Notes: a model not told the origin generated them from the letters alone. 32,000 nt of DNA from Enterobacterales bacterium endosymbiont of Anomoneura mori (GCF_047159375.1 NZ_AP031381.1:1-32000), one strand, 5' to 3'; shown: positions 1 to 13,189, counted from the first letter of the stretch. Numbers and translations: made by a program.

Positions 1-1839
1 ATGATTTATCCAGAAAAATTTGATATAATAATTGTTGGTGGAGGACATTCAGGGGTTGAAGCTGCATTAGCATCATCTAGAATGGGAAAAAAAATTTTAT
101 TATTAACAAATGATAAAAATGATTTAGGAGAATTATCATGTAATCCTTCAATTGGTGGAATAGGTAAAAGTCATTTAGTAAAAGAAATTGATGCACTTGG
201 AGGTATAATGGCAAAAGCATCAGATATTTCTGGAATTCAATTCAAATTATTAAATTCTAGTAAAGGTTATGCAGTTCAATCTACTCGTGCACAAATAGAT
301 AGAATTTTATATAAAAAAACAATATTTTATGCATTAAATAATGAAAAAAATATTAAAATTTTACAAAGTTCAGTTAAAAAAATTATTATAAAAGATAAAT
401 GTGCAGTAGGTGTAATTATAAAAATGAATTTAAAAATTTATTCTAAATCAATTATTATATGTGTAGGAACTTTTTTAAATGGTAAAATACATATTGGATT
501 AAATAATTATAAAGGAGGCCGTATAGGTAATAATTCTTCAAATTATATTTCTTTTTTTTCTGATAAATTATCATTTAAAATTAATCGTTTAAAAACTGGT
601 ACACCTCCACGTATTGATAAACGAACAATAAATTTTAAAATTTTAAAAAAACAATATGGTGATAATCCTTTACCTTTTTTTTCTTTTTTAAATAATATTA
701 AAGAAAATTCTAAACAAATTAAATGTTATATAACAAATACTAATGAAAAAACTCATGATATAATTAAAAAATTTATTAAATATAGTCCATCTTATAATGG
801 TATTATTAAAGGAATTGGTCCACGTTATTGTCCTTCAATTGAAGATAAAATAATAAGATTTAAAAATAAAAAAACCCATCGTATATTTTTAGAACCTGAA
901 GGAATTATAAGTAATATAATCTATCCTAATGGTATTTCAACAAATTTACCATATAATATACAATTAAAATTTATACGAACAATAAAAGGTTTAGAAAAAT
1001 CAAAAATTATTCAACCTGGATATGCTGTAGAATATGATTATTTAGATCCTCGTAATTTAAAACCAACATTAGAAAATAAAAATATTAATGGATTATTTTT
1101 CGCTGGACAAATAAATGGTACTACTGGATATGAAGAAGCAGCAGCACAAGGTATAATTGCTGGTATTAATTCAAGTTTATATATTTCTGGAAAAAAAAAA
1201 TTTATAATTAACAAAAATATTGCTTATATTGGTGTATTAATTGATGATTTAATAAATTTAGGAACAAAAGAACCATATAGAATTTTTACTTCAAGATCAG
1301 AATATCGTTTACAATTACAAGAAGATAATTCAGATATTCGTTTAACTTCAATAGGCAGAAGACTTGGTTTAATTAATGATATAAGATGGAAAATTTTTTG
1401 TAAAAAAAAAAATATTATAGAAAAAGAAAAACAAAGAATTAGAAGTTTATTTATATATATTATTAAAAAAAAAAAAAATAAAAAAAAAAAAAATGGTTTA
1501 AAATTATTATGTATACCAAAAATTACATATAATAAATTAACTTCAATTAAAAAATTTTCACCTTCTTTAATATATAAACAAATTTATAAACAAATTGAAG
1601 TACAAATAAAATATGAAGGATATATTAAACATCAAAAAAAAGAAATAATTAAAAAAAAAAAAGAAAAATTTTTTTTACCATTAAATTTTAATTATTATAA
1701 AATTTATGGTTTATCAAATGAAGTAATATTAAAATTAAATAAATATCAGCCTAAATCTTTTAAAAAATCTTTAAATATTTCTGGAATAACACCAGCATCA
1801 ATTTCAATTATATTATTTTGGTTTAAAAATTTTTTTTAA
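1..1839 (+). CDS. mnmG: tRNA uridine 5-carboxymethylaminomethyl modification enzyme MnmG (GidA)
   Basis: Complete ORF whose ATG is window base 1, with a TAA stop. The N-terminus [36 protein letters not shown]...[22 protein letters not shown] is colinear with E. coli MnmG (FAD-binding GGGHAG and CNPAIGG motifs). The C-terminal VQIKYEGYI...GLSNEV...[12 protein letters not shown] is also conserved. Confidence 0.95.
   Translation: MIYPEKFDIIIVGGGHSGVEAALASSRMGKKILLLTNDKNDLGELSCNPSIGGIGKSHLVKEIDALGGIMAKASDISGIQFKLLNSSKGYAVQSTRAQIDRILYKKTIFYALNNEKNIKILQSSVKKIIIKDKCAVGVIIKMNLKIYSKSIIICVGTFLNGKIHIGLNNYKGGRIGNNSSNYISFFSDKLSFKINRLKTGTPPRIDKRTINFKILKKQYGDNPLPFFSFLNNIKENSKQIKCYITNTNEKTHDIIKKFIKYSPSYNGIIKGIGPRYCPSIEDKIIRFKNKKTHRIFLEPEGIISNIIYPNGISTNLPYNIQLKFIRTIKGLEKSKIIQPGYAVEYDYLDPRNLKPTLENKNINGLFFAGQINGTTGYEEAAAQGIIAGINSSLYISGKKKFIINKNIAYIGVLIDDLINLGTKEPYRIFTSRSEYRLQLQEDNSDIRLTSIGRRLGLINDIRWKIFCKKKNIIEKEKQRIRSLFIYIIKKKKNKKKKNGLKLLCIPKITYNKLTSIKKFSPSLIYKQIYKQIEVQIKYEGYIKHQKKEIIKKKKEKFFLPLNFNYYKIYGLSNEVILKLNKYQPKSFKKSLNISGITPASISIILFWFKNFF
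1465..1493 (+). repeat. Two 14-nt poly(A) homopolymers (A14-T-A14) inside the mnmG coding sequence
   Basis: Counted directly: A run 1465-1478, T at 1479, A run 1480-1493. They encode [10 protein letters not shown] in a poorly conserved linker of MnmG. Confidence 0.9.
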
Positions 1840-1885
1840 AATTTAATTACTTAAATATAAATTTAAAATATATAATTTATTAATA

Positions 1886-1913
1886 TTGCAAATATATTTA
1901 AAAAAAATATAAT
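1886..1913 (+). promoter_or_regulatory. Candidate sigma70-type promoter for groES-groEL
   Basis: TTGCAA (1886-1891), a 16-nt spacer, then TATAAT (1908-1913), with the -10 ending 42 nt upstream of the groES ATG. TATAAT-like hexamers occur by chance everywhere in this composition, so only the G/C-containing -35 carries information. No recognisable sigma32 consensus is present. Confidence 0.25.
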
Positions 1914-1955
1914 AAAAATATTTTATTTAATATTTTAATGAAATAGGAGTTATTA

Positions 1956-3931
<1,976 letters not shown>

Positions 3932-3974
3932 TATTTTTATAAAAAAAATATATTTTTAATATTATTATTTAATA

Positions 3975-3997
3975 AAACCCTGATATTATCAGGGTTT
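3975..3997. terminator. Bidirectional intrinsic-terminator-like hairpin between convergent groEL and cysH
   Basis: Perfect 11-bp inverted repeat AAACCCTGATA (3975-3985) / TATCAGGGTTT (3987-3997), including 5 G:C pairs. A/T-rich runs flank it on both sides. It sits in the 74-bp spacer between two convergent stop codons. Confidence 0.6.
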
Positions 3998-4005
3998 AAA
4001 TATTT

Positions 4006-4737
4006 TTATTCATGTATTCCGCATTCACGTTTTAATCCAAAAAATCTTGTATCTTCTTCTTTCATTCCTACAATCCATTTTGTTGTTGTATGTGTATCAC
4101 CTATACTTAAATAACCTTTTTCTTTTAATGGATGATATTTTAAATTATTTTTTTTAATATATTTAAAAATTTTACGATTATTCCAATCAAAAATAGGTAA
4201 AAATTTAAATATTTTATTATGAATAGATAAAATATTTAATTTTTCTCTACTTTTTGATTGTTCATATCTTAATCCTGCAAACCAAGTTTTTACTTTAAAT
4301 TTTTTTATTGCTTTATTCATAGGTTTAATTTTATTTATTAAATTATATTTATTAATTCCATTTATTCCATTTTTCCATAATTTACCATAACGTGCCTCTT
4401 GCCAAGCAGCTGAATATTTTGAACGAAATATTTTTAAATTTAAATTTAATTTTTTTTTTAATTCTTCAATAAATAAATAAGTTTCAGAAAATAAATATCC
4501 TGTATCAATTAAAATAATTATTATATTTGGTTTTATTTTTGTAATCATATGTAAACAAACTGAAGATTGTATTCCAAAGCTTGAAGAAAGAATAAAATTT
4601 TTTTTTAAATTTTTTAATGCCCATATTATTCTTTCTTCAGATGTTATATTATTTAAATATTTATTTATCTTTGATAATAATATAATTTTTTTTTTATTAT
4701 TTTTTTTATTTAATTCTGATAAATTAATTTTTTTCAT
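4006..4737 (-). CDS. cysH: Phosphoadenosine phosphosulfate (PAPS) reductase CysH
   Basis: 243 aa, colinear with E. coli CysH (SSSFGIQ..., [30 protein letters not shown]). The C-terminal redox motif KRECGIHE is retained. Last gene of a cysJ-cysI-cysH arrangement. Confidence 0.93.
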   Translation of the reverse strand: MKKINLSELNKKNNKKKIILLSKINKYLNNITSEERIIWALKNLKKNFILSSSFGIQSSVCLHMITKIKPNIIIILIDTGYLFSETYLFIEELKKKLNLNLKIFRSKYSAAWQEARYGKLWKNGINGINKYNLINKIKPMNKAIKKFKVKTWFAGLRYEQSKSREKLNILSIHNKIFKFLPIFDWNNRKIFKYIKKNNLKYHPLKEKGYLSIGDTHTTTKWIVGMKEEDTRFFGLKRECGIHE

Positions 4738-4787
4738 TTTATAAAATTATATAAAATTATTAATATTTATAAAATATTTCTAAAAAA

Positions 4788-6506
4788 TTATAACCAAAAA
4801 TCTTTTACTGAATTTATTACAGGTTTTACAATTTTAGCTCTTATAACAAAATCTCCAAAATTTTCTTCTTTTTTTTTATTTTTAGCCCATAATTTAATTA
4901 AATTATTTAATTCTTTAAAAATTTCTTTTTCTTTAATATTTTCTTTATAAATACGTGCAATTCTTGTACCTTCACGATTACCTCCTAAATATAAATTATA
5001 TTTATTTAAAGACTTACCAATTAATCCTATTTCTGCAAGTAATGCTCTTGCACAACCATTTGGACATCCAGAAATACGAAAAATAATATAATTATTATTA
5101 ATATTATTTTTATTCATAATTATTTCAATTTTAGTAATAAATTCAGGTAAAATTCTTTCAGCTTCTGCCATAGCTAAAGGACAAGTAGGAAATGAAACAC
5201 AAGCCATTGAGTTTTGTCTTTGTTTTGAAATATTATTATTAATTAATCCATAAAAAATAGCTAAATTATTAATATTTTTTTTTTCTTTTTCTAATACATC
5301 TGAAATTATTAAATTTTGATTAGCTGTAATTCTAAAATTACCTTTATGTATTTTTGCAATTTCTTTTATACCATTTTTAATTAAAAATTTTGAATAATTT
5401 AATATTCTTCCATTTTCAATAAATATTGTTAAATTCCATAATCCATTAATTCCTTTTGTCCATCCAATATAATCTCCTCTATATTTTAAAATATATGGTT
5501 TGATTTTTTCAAATTTTATTTTAGCTCTTTTTTCTATTTCTTTTTTAAATTTATTAATCCCTACTCTTTCAATTGTATATCTAGTTTTAGCATTTTTACG
5601 ATCAATTCTATTACCCCAATCTCTTTGAGTTGTTATAATAGCTTTAGTTATAGATATAATTTTATATAAAGGAATATATCCTAATTCTGTAGATAAACGT
5701 GGATATGTTTTTTTATTACCATGTTCAATAGATAATCCTCCACCTATGAGTATATTAAATCCTATAAGTTTTTTATTTTCATTATCAGAAATAGCAATAA
5801 AATTTAAATCATTAGCATGTAAATCTACATCATTTTCAGGTGGAATTAATATAGATGTTTTAAATTTTCTTGGTAAATATGTAGAACCTAAAATTGGTTC
5901 TATATCAGTTGTTAAAAGTTTTTTTTTATTTAACCATATTTCAGAATATGCATTAGTTTTTGGTAATAAATATTCAGAAATTTTTTTTGCCCATTTATAT
6001 GCTTCTAAATGTATTGTTGATTTCATTGGATTAGAAGTACATAATACATTACGATTAACATCATTTGCAGTAGCTAATGAATCTAATTTAATTTTATTTA
6101 ATAATTGATGTATTGATTTTAATTTTTTTTTCAAAATACCATGTAATTGAAAAGTTTGCCTATTAGTTAATCTAATAGATCCATAAATTGTATGTTTCCC
6201 AGCAAATTTTTCAATATTTAACCATTGTTTAGTTGTTATTATACCTCCAGGTAATCTACATCTTAACATAATTGAATATCTTGGTTCTAATTTTTGTTTT
6301 AATCTTTCTTTTCTAATATCTCGATCATCTTGTTGATACATACCATGAAAACGTATTAAAGAATAATTATCACCAATAAAACCACCAGTTAAACTATTAT
6401 TTAAATCTTCAGATATTGTACCACGTAAAAAATTACTATTTTTTTTAATATATTCAGCAACATTTAAATGATTATCTATTTTATTCAAAATTTTTTTATC
6501 AATCAT
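4788..6506 (-). CDS. cysI: Sulfite reductase (NADPH) hemoprotein beta subunit CysI
   Basis: 572 aa. Both Cys clusters that ligate the Fe4S4/siroheme centre are present ([18 protein letters not shown] and [11 protein letters not shown]). Its ATG overlaps the cysJ stop by 1 nt (TAATG at 6508-6504 on the minus strand). Confidence 0.95.
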   Translation of the reverse strand: MIDKKILNKIDNHLNVAEYIKKNSNFLRGTISEDLNNSLTGGFIGDNYSLIRFHGMYQQDDRDIRKERLKQKLEPRYSIMLRCRLPGGIITTKQWLNIEKFAGKHTIYGSIRLTNRQTFQLHGILKKKLKSIHQLLNKIKLDSLATANDVNRNVLCTSNPMKSTIHLEAYKWAKKISEYLLPKTNAYSEIWLNKKKLLTTDIEPILGSTYLPRKFKTSILIPPENDVDLHANDLNFIAISDNENKKLIGFNILIGGGLSIEHGNKKTYPRLSTELGYIPLYKIISITKAIITTQRDWGNRIDRKNAKTRYTIERVGINKFKKEIEKRAKIKFEKIKPYILKYRGDYIGWTKGINGLWNLTIFIENGRILNYSKFLIKNGIKEIAKIHKGNFRITANQNLIISDVLEKEKKNINNLAIFYGLINNNISKQRQNSMACVSFPTCPLAMAEAERILPEFITKIEIIMNKNNINNNYIIFRISGCPNGCARALLAEIGLIGKSLNKYNLYLGGNREGTRIARIYKENIKEKEIFKELNNLIKLWAKNKKKEENFGDFVIRAKIVKPVINSVKDFWL

Positions 6507-8254
6507 TAATATATATCTTTTTGATAATATCCTTTTAAACGCATATTTATTAAAAATTTATCAGCTTTCTCATAGTTCATTTTACCATATTTAGATAATA
6601 TTTTAATTATTGTTTTTTCAACATCTTTTGCCATATTATTAGCATCTCCACATATATAAATATATGAACCATTTTTTATCCATTTCCAAAAATTTAAACC
6701 ATTTTCTAAGATTTTATTTTGAATATATATTTTATTTTTTTGATCTCTTGACCAAGCAAGACTTATTTTGTTAATTAAACTTTTTTCAAAATATTTTTGC
6801 CATTCTGATTGATATAAAAAATCTTCTGTAAAATGTTGATTACCAAAAAATAACCAATTTTTACCAGTAGCTTTTTCAAAATTTCTTTGTTGTATAAAAG
6901 AACGAAAAGGCGCTATTCCAGTGCCTGCACCAATCATAATAATATTAGTTTTATTATCTTTAGGTAATTTAAAATTTTTATTTTCTTGAATAAAAATATT
7001 AATATAATCATCTTCATTTAAACGATTAGATATATAACTTGAAGCACTACCATATCTTATATGATTATTAATTTTATATTTTATAACATTAACAGTAATA
7101 TGAACTTCATTTTCATTTTCTAATTGAGAAGAAGATATTGAATATAATCTAGGTTTTAATGGACGTAAAATTTTTATTAAATTTTTAAATTCAATTTTAA
7201 TAGGTTTTTCATATAACATTTCAATAATAGGTGTTTTTTTAACATATTCTTTAATTTTATTTTTATTTTTTAATAATTTTAATAATTTTTTATTATTTGA
7301 AATTTTTGTATATTTTTCAACAATATCAATAGTATTATTTAATAATTCAAAATTATTAATTAAAATTTCTTTATGTGTTAAAAAATTATTATTAAATTCA
7401 ATTTTCTTATTACATTCAATATTTAATAATTTTAATATTTCATCAACTAATTTTGGATCATTTTTATGAATTATACCTAATGCATCACCAGGATTATATT
7501 TAATTTTTGAATTTAATAAATCAATTTCAATATGTTGAATATTTTTATTTGAATATAAACCAGTAATTTTTTGTTTACTTATTATTTTAGCTTTAAAAGG
7601 ATTTTTTTTTGAATATAAATGTTTTTTATTGATATTAATATTTTTATTTATTTTTAAAATTTTAATTATTTTTTTTCTCCAATCACTAGCAACTTTTTCG
7701 AACTCAATATCTGAATCTACTCTATCAATTATACGTTTTGCACCTAAATTAAATAATATTTTATCAAAATCTTTTGAAGTTTGACAAAATTTTTCATATG
7801 TTTTATCTCCTAAACCAAAAATAGCGTATTTTATATTTTTAAGATGTTTAATTTTTTTAGAATGTAAATAATTATAAAAAGCAAATGCTTCTTCTGGAGG
7901 TTCTCCATCTCCTTGAGTTGAAGTAATTATTATTAATATGTTTTCTTCTGAAATTTTTCTAAATTTATAATCTTTTACATTAAATAATTTAACTTTAATT
8001 TCTTTTTTTAATAATTCATCATATAATTTTTTTGATAAATAATGTGCATTACCTGTTTGTGAAGAAGAAATAATAGTTATTTTATCATTTTTAATAATAT
8101 TATTATTATTTTTTTTACTAATTAATCCCCATAAATATCCAGATAACCATGAAATTTCTAAAGGTGTATATAAATTTATATTTTTTTTAAAAAAATTAAA
8201 TTGTTCAAAATTTATAGGAAAATTTTTATCTGAAAAAAAATTATTTTTCGTCAA
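6506..8254 (-). CDS. cysJ: Sulfite reductase (NADPH) flavoprotein alpha subunit CysJ
   Basis: 582 aa with a flavodoxin-like FMN domain ([21 protein letters not shown]) and an FAD/NADPH domain ([31 protein letters not shown]). The start codon is TTG (8254-8252), preceded by AAGAG at 8265-8261. No in-frame ATG lies nearby. Confidence 0.93.
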   Translation of the reverse strand: MTKNNFFSDKNFPINFEQFNFFKKNINLYTPLEISWLSGYLWGLISKKNNNNIIKNDKITIISSSQTGNAHYLSKKLYDELLKKEIKVKLFNVKDYKFRKISEENILIIITSTQGDGEPPEEAFAFYNYLHSKKIKHLKNIKYAIFGLGDKTYEKFCQTSKDFDKILFNLGAKRIIDRVDSDIEFEKVASDWRKKIIKILKINKNININKKHLYSKKNPFKAKIISKQKITGLYSNKNIQHIEIDLLNSKIKYNPGDALGIIHKNDPKLVDEILKLLNIECNKKIEFNNNFLTHKEILINNFELLNNTIDIVEKYTKISNNKKLLKLLKNKNKIKEYVKKTPIIEMLYEKPIKIEFKNLIKILRPLKPRLYSISSSQLENENEVHITVNVIKYKINNHIRYGSASSYISNRLNEDDYINIFIQENKNFKLPKDNKTNIIMIGAGTGIAPFRSFIQQRNFEKATGKNWLFFGNQHFTEDFLYQSEWQKYFEKSLINKISLAWSRDQKNKIYIQNKILENGLNFWKWIKNGSYIYICGDANNMAKDVEKTIIKILSKYGKMNYEKADKFLINMRLKGYYQKDIY

Positions 8255-8301
8255 TTTTTTCTCTTATTTTAAAATATTTTAAAAATAACAAAATATATTT
8301 T

Positions 8302-8334
8302 AAATGTTTATTTTTAATAAAAAAATAAACATTT
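8302..8334 (-). terminator. Candidate stem-loop downstream of holB / upstream of cysJ
   Basis: Perfect 14-bp inverted repeat AAATGTTTATTTTT (8302-8315) / AAAAATAAACATTT (8321-8334) with a 5-nt loop. The stem is mostly A:T with two G:C pairs. No clean U-tract follows, so its function is uncertain. Confidence 0.3.
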
Positions 8335-8358
8335 TGTTAATTTAAATAATTTTAATAA

Positions 8359-8382
8359 AATATTATATATATATATAATATT
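8359..8382. repeat. 24-bp perfect palindrome centred on a (TA)7 microsatellite
   Basis: AATATTATATATATATATAATATT read directly. (TA)7 occupies 8364-8377. Located in the holB-cysJ spacer. Confidence 0.7.
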
Positions 8383-8451
8383 ATATTTAAATGGTTTATT
8401 AAAATTTTAATATATTTTAAAATCAATATATATTTTTTATTTTAAAAATAT

Positions 8452-9432
8452 TTAATTATTTAAAATTTTTTTTAATAATATTATTTGTTCTATAAATAAT
8501 ATTTCTATATTTATACCTTTTTTATTTTTAATTTTATATTGAAATTTACTAAATTTTTTTATAAAATTATATAATTTTATTAAATTTATTATATTAGATA
8601 ATTTTTTTATTATTTCTTTTTTATCTTTATTAATTATATAATTTTTACATTTTTGTTTCCATTTAATTATATCAATAAATAATGTATATAACCAAAAAAA
8701 AATTTGTTCTAAATTTTTATATTTTAATATATTTAATAATAAAAATATTTTTTTATTAAAAATTTCATTATATAATAATTTATATATTTTATTTCTTTGT
8801 AACCATAATTTTGAACATAACATTTTTTTTGCTAATAATGGTGCACCATTATTTAAATATAATGCAGTTTTTATTTCATTAATATTATTATTATTAATAT
8901 TATTATTTAACCATTTTATACTTTTTTTTTCATTTGGTATTTTTAAATTTAAATAAAAACAATTTTTTTTAAAATTTATTAATAAATTAGATAATTTATT
9001 ACATTTTATTAAAAAAAAAACATTTTTTTTATAATTTTTAAAAATTTTTAATAATTTATAAATTATATTTTCAGATAATAATTCAGGATTTTGTAAATAA
9101 ATAACTTTAATGTTTTCTTCTTGTGCACAAATATTAATAAAATCAATCAATTTATTAAAAAATTCATTAATATCATTTTTATTATTATTTATTTTATTTA
9201 TTAAAAAATAATCTGGATGAGTTTTTGAATTCATTAATATACAATTATTACAAATTCCACAATTTTTTTTTTTAATATTTTTACAAATTAACCATTTACA
9301 AATATTTTTTAATAATATATTACCACCAATTCCTGATAAACTATATAAAAAAAAAGTATTTTTAATTTTTTTTTTTTTATAATATGTTATAATTTTATTA
9401 TAAATAGAATTAAGCCATGGATATAAATTCAT
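8452..9432 (-). CDS. holB: DNA polymerase III delta-prime subunit HolB
   Basis: 326 aa. MNLYPWL... N-terminus, a Zn-module-like CGICNNC followed by THPDYF, and overall length and layout like E. coli HolB (MRWYPWL...CGHCRGC...THPDYY). Much of the rest is low-complexity and weakly conserved. Confidence 0.8.
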   Translation of the reverse strand: MNLYPWLNSIYNKIITYYKKKKIKNTFFLYSLSGIGGNILLKNICKWLICKNIKKKNCGICNNCILMNSKTHPDYFLINKINNNKNDINEFFNKLIDFINICAQEENIKVIYLQNPELLSENIIYKLLKIFKNYKKNVFFLIKCNKLSNLLINFKKNCFYLNLKIPNEKKSIKWLNNNINNNNINEIKTALYLNNGAPLLAKKMLCSKLWLQRNKIYKLLYNEIFNKKIFLLLNILKYKNLEQIFFWLYTLFIDIIKWKQKCKNYIINKDKKEIIKKLSNIINLIKLYNFIKKFSKFQYKIKNKKGINIEILFIEQIILLKKILNN

Positions 9433-9546
9433 ATTTTATAAAAATATTAATTAATTTTTATTATTATAAATATTTTAAATTTAATAATATGTTAAAATAA
9501 TTATAAAAAAAATTATTAAAATAATAAATTATTTTAAGGAAAATTA

Positions 9547-10122
9547 ATGGATATTAAAAAAAATATATCTAATGAAAAAAATTTAAAAAATGAAAATATT
9601 AAAAATATAAACGAAAAAACTTTTAAAAAAGAAAATAATGATAATTTAAATAAACATATTAATAAATTAGAATTACATATTGAAGATCTTAAAAAAAAAG
9701 AATATGAAAATTATTTACGTTATAAAGCAAAAATTGAAAATTTTAAAAAACGTACTTTAATAGATGTTGAAAAAACATATAAATTTATTTTAGAAAAATT
9801 TTCTAAAGATTTATTATTAATTATTGATAATTTAGAGATGGCTGTTAAAATATTTAACAAAAATAATAATAAAAAAAATAAAATATTTGAAGGTATAGAA
9901 TTAACATTAAAATCATTAATTAGTTTAATAAATAAATATGGTATTAAAGTTATTAATAAAATAAATATACCATTTGATCCAATTAAACATCAAGCAATAA
10001 GTGAAATAATAACTAATAAATTTAAATCTAATTATGTTATTAATATCATGCAAAATGGTTATATTTTACATGATCGTTTATTAAGACCTGCAATGGTAAT
10101 TGTATCTAAAAATTCTAAATAA
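9547..10122 (+). CDS. grpE: Nucleotide exchange factor GrpE
   Basis: 191 aa. RYKAKIENFKKRT, KF.LEKF..DLL..IDNLE.A, EGIELTLKSL, PFDP.KHQAIS and LLRPAMV.VSK are colinear with E. coli GrpE. AAGGA SD at 9536-9540. Confidence 0.93.
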   Translation: MDIKKNISNEKNLKNENIKNINEKTFKKENNDNLNKHINKLELHIEDLKKKEYENYLRYKAKIENFKKRTLIDVEKTYKFILEKFSKDLLLIIDNLEMAVKIFNKNNNKKNKIFEGIELTLKSLISLINKYGIKVINKINIPFDPIKHQAISEIITNKFKSNYVINIMQNGYILHDRLLRPAMVIVSKNSK

Positions 10123-10309
10123 AATTAAAATTTTTTAAATATTATAAAAATAATATAATAAATTATATATCATATAAATTATTAAATATTTTAATAAAAC
10201 TATTTTTAAATTTTTAATAATATTAATATTTTTTTATAATTAATATTATTTATTTTAAATTATTGAAAATATTAATATAAAAATAAATACATTTTATAAA
10301 ATAATTTTA

Positions 10310-13189
10310 ATGAATATAAAAAAAAAAAAAAATAATATTTTATATAATTTTAATAAAGAAGAAAAAAAAATATATAATTTTTGGGAAAAAAAAGGTTATT
10401 TTAAAATAAAAAATATAAATAATAAAAATTATAAAAATAATTTTTGTATTGTTATTCCACCTCCTAATATTACTGGGAATTTACATTTAGGACATTCTTT
10501 ACAACAAACAATTATAGATATTACTGCAAGATATAATAGAATGAAAGGTAAAAATGTTTTATTAAAATTTGGGACTGATCATGCTGGAATAGCAACTCAA
10601 CTTATGATATTAAAAAAAACAAATTTTAAAAATAAAAAAAATAATTATAGTAATAATTATTTAATTAAAAAAACTTGGTTATGGAAAAAAAAAAATGTTA
10701 ATATTATAAATAATCAAATAAAACGTTTAGGAATTTCTGTTGATTTAAATAATGAAATATTTACTATGGATAATAATTTTTCTAAAGCTGTTAAAAAAGT
10801 TTTTATTAAATTATATAAAAAAAAAATAATATATAAAAAAAAAAAATTAGTTAATTGGGATGTAAAATTAAATACTGTAATATCTGATTTAGAAATAAAA
10901 TATAAAATTATTAAAAGTTATTTATATTATTTAAAATATCCTTTAAAAGAAAAAAATAAAATATTAAATAATTATTCATATATAATTATAGCAACTACTA
11001 GACCAGAAACAATTTTCGGTGATATTGCAATAGCAGTAAATCCTAAAGATAAAAGATATAATAAATTAATAGGGAAAAAAGTTATTATTCCATTAATAAA
11101 TCGTTCAATTCCTATTATATCAGATAATAGTATAGAAATTAATAAAGGTACTGGATGTGTTAAAATATCTCCAGGACACGATTTTAATGATTATAAAATT
11201 GCAAAAAAAAATAATTTAGATATAATTAATATTTTTACTTATAATGGAAAAATTAGAAAAAAAATTGAAATAATTAAAAGTAATAAAAAATGTAATAATT
11301 ATTTAAATTCAATACCTAAAAAATTTCAAAATTTAAATAGATTTAAAGCTAGAAAAAAAATAATTTTAGATTTAAAAAAATTAGGATTTTTAAATAAAAT
11401 TGAAAAATGTAAAATGAATATACCTTATAGTGATAGAGGAAAGGTAATAATTGAACCAATGTTAACTAACCAATGGTTTTTAAAAAGTAATTACTTAACT
11501 AAAAATGTAATAGATGCTATTAAAAAAAAAAAAATAATTTTTTTACAAAAAAAATATAAAAATATGTTTTTTGGATGGATTAAAAATATTCAAGATTGGT
11601 GTATTTCTAGACAATTATGGTGGGGGCATCGTATACCTGCATGGTATGATAATAATAAAAATATTTATGTTGGTAATAATGAAAAAGAAATTCGTATTAA
11701 ATATATGATTAAAAAAAATACTATATTAAAACAAGATAATGATGTTTTAGATACATGGTTTTCTTCTAGTTTATGGACTTTTGTAAGTTTAGGATGGCCT
11801 AAAAAAAATAAAGAATTATTAAATTTTCATCCAATAAATATAATTTTTAGCGGTTTTGATATTATTTTTTTTTGGATAACTAGAATGATTATGTTAACAA
11901 TGTATTTTATAAATGATAAATTAGGAAATCCTCAAATTCCATTTAAATTTATTTATATTACTGGTTTAATATGTGATATTAAAGGTAAAAAAATGTCAAA
12001 ATCTGAAAATAATACTATTGATCCAATAGATATTATTGAAGGTATTAATTTAAAAAATATTATTAAAAAAAGATTAAAAAATAATTTTTTTAAAAAAAAA
12101 AATTATGAAATAATAAAATTTACTAAAAAACAATTTTCTAATAATATAAAACCTTATGGATCAGATGTTTTAAGATTATTTTTATCAAATTTATCAAATA
12201 CAAAAAGAAATATAATTTTAGATTTTAAAAAATTAGATAAATGTAAAAATTTTTGTAATAAATTATTAAATGCATTTAAATTTATATTAACTTATAAAAA
12301 TAATTATAATTATGATTATAATTATAATTTAAAAAATGAAAATATTAATTTTTTTTTAATAGATCGTTATATTCAAATTAAATTAAATATAATAATTAAA
12401 AAATATTGTAATTTATTAGATAATTATTGTTTTAATATTGCAATAAATATTTTATATAATTTTTTTTGGAATGAATTTTGTGATTGGTACTTAGAATTTT
12501 CTAAAATATTTTTTAAATATGGAAACAAATTTGAAAAATATAGTAATTATTATACTTTATTATATATATATGAAAAAATTTTAATACTTTTACATCCTAT
12601 AATACCATTTATTACTGAATATATTTGGAAAAAAATAAAAAAAATAAAAAATGATTTAAAAGATTCTATAATGTTAAAATCTTTTCCAAAATATAATAAT
12701 ATTATTTATAATAAAAAAGACTTAGAAGATATAGAATGGATTAAAAAAATAATTTCATCTGTAAGAAATATAAGATCAAAAATGTTAATAAAATATAATA
12801 AAAAAATAAATATAATATTTTGGAATATTAATAAAAATATTAAAAAACGTATTAATAAAAATAAAAAAATTATTAAAAAAATAGCAAATATTAAAAAAAT
12901 TAAAATATTATCTAAAAATCAAAAAAAACCTATTTGTTTAATTAAATTAATAGATGGAAATGAATTATTATTTCCTTTAAAATTTATTAATAAAAATATT
13001 GAAATTAAAAGAATTAAAAAAGAAATTAAAAAAATAAATTGTAACATTTTAAAAATAAAAAAAAAAATTAATAATATAAATTTTTTAAAATATGCACCTA
13101 AATTAATAATTTATAATAATATTAATGAATTATTAAATTTAAATATAAATAAAAAAAAATTAATAAAACAATTAATTATTTTTAAATAA
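10310..13189 (+). CDS. valS: Valine--tRNA ligase ValS
   Basis: 959 aa class I aaRS. HIGH-type motif PPPNITGNLHLGHS, GTDHAGIATQ, WCISRQLWWGHRIP, KMSKS motif (GKKMSKSENN) and a C-terminal coiled-coil tail, matching ValRS rather than Ile/LeuRS. A 15-nt poly(A) run lies at 10318-10332 just after the ATG. Confidence 0.93.
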   Translation: MNIKKKKNNILYNFNKEEKKIYNFWEKKGYFKIKNINNKNYKNNFCIVIPPPNITGNLHLGHSLQQTIIDITARYNRMKGKNVLLKFGTDHAGIATQLMILKKTNFKNKKNNYSNNYLIKKTWLWKKKNVNIINNQIKRLGISVDLNNEIFTMDNNFSKAVKKVFIKLYKKKIIYKKKKLVNWDVKLNTVISDLEIKYKIIKSYLYYLKYPLKEKNKILNNYSYIIIATTRPETIFGDIAIAVNPKDKRYNKLIGKKVIIPLINRSIPIISDNSIEINKGTGCVKISPGHDFNDYKIAKKNNLDIINIFTYNGKIRKKIEIIKSNKKCNNYLNSIPKKFQNLNRFKARKKIILDLKKLGFLNKIEKCKMNIPYSDRGKVIIEPMLTNQWFLKSNYLTKNVIDAIKKKKIIFLQKKYKNMFFGWIKNIQDWCISRQLWWGHRIPAWYDNNKNIYVGNNEKEIRIKYMIKKNTILKQDNDVLDTWFSSSLWTFVSLGWPKKNKELLNFHPINIIFSGFDIIFFWITRMIMLTMYFINDKLGNPQIPFKFIYITGLICDIKGKKMSKSENNTIDPIDIIEGINLKNIIKKRLKNNFFKKKNYEIIKFTKKQFSNNIKPYGSDVLRLFLSNLSNTKRNIILDFKKLDKCKNFCNKLLNAFKFILTYKNNYNYDYNYNLKNENINFFLIDRYIQIKLNIIIKKYCNLLDNYCFNIAINILYNFFWNEFCDWYLEFSKIFFKYGNKFEKYSNYYTLLYIYEKILILLHPIIPFITEYIWKKIKKIKNDLKDSIMLKSFPKYNNIIYNKKDLEDIEWIKKIISSVRNIRSKMLIKYNKKINIIFWNINKNIKKRINKNKKIIKKIANIKKIKILSKNQKKPICLIKLIDGNELLFPLKFINKNIEIKRIKKEIKKINCNILKIKKKINNINFLKYAPKLIIYNNINELLNLNINKKKLIKQLIIFK

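Noticed and set aside
1840-1955. Heat-shock (sigma32) promoter upstream of groES
   Set aside because: I looked for CTTGAA...CCCCAT-like elements. Only a degenerate CTTAAA with an A/T-only downstream segment is present, which cannot be distinguished from background, so only a weak sigma70-like candidate is listed.
5746-6108. 120-aa ORF on the plus strand
   Set aside because: It lies entirely antisense within cysI. Stop-poor antisense frames are expected in A/T-rich coding sequence, and it resembles no family I recognise.
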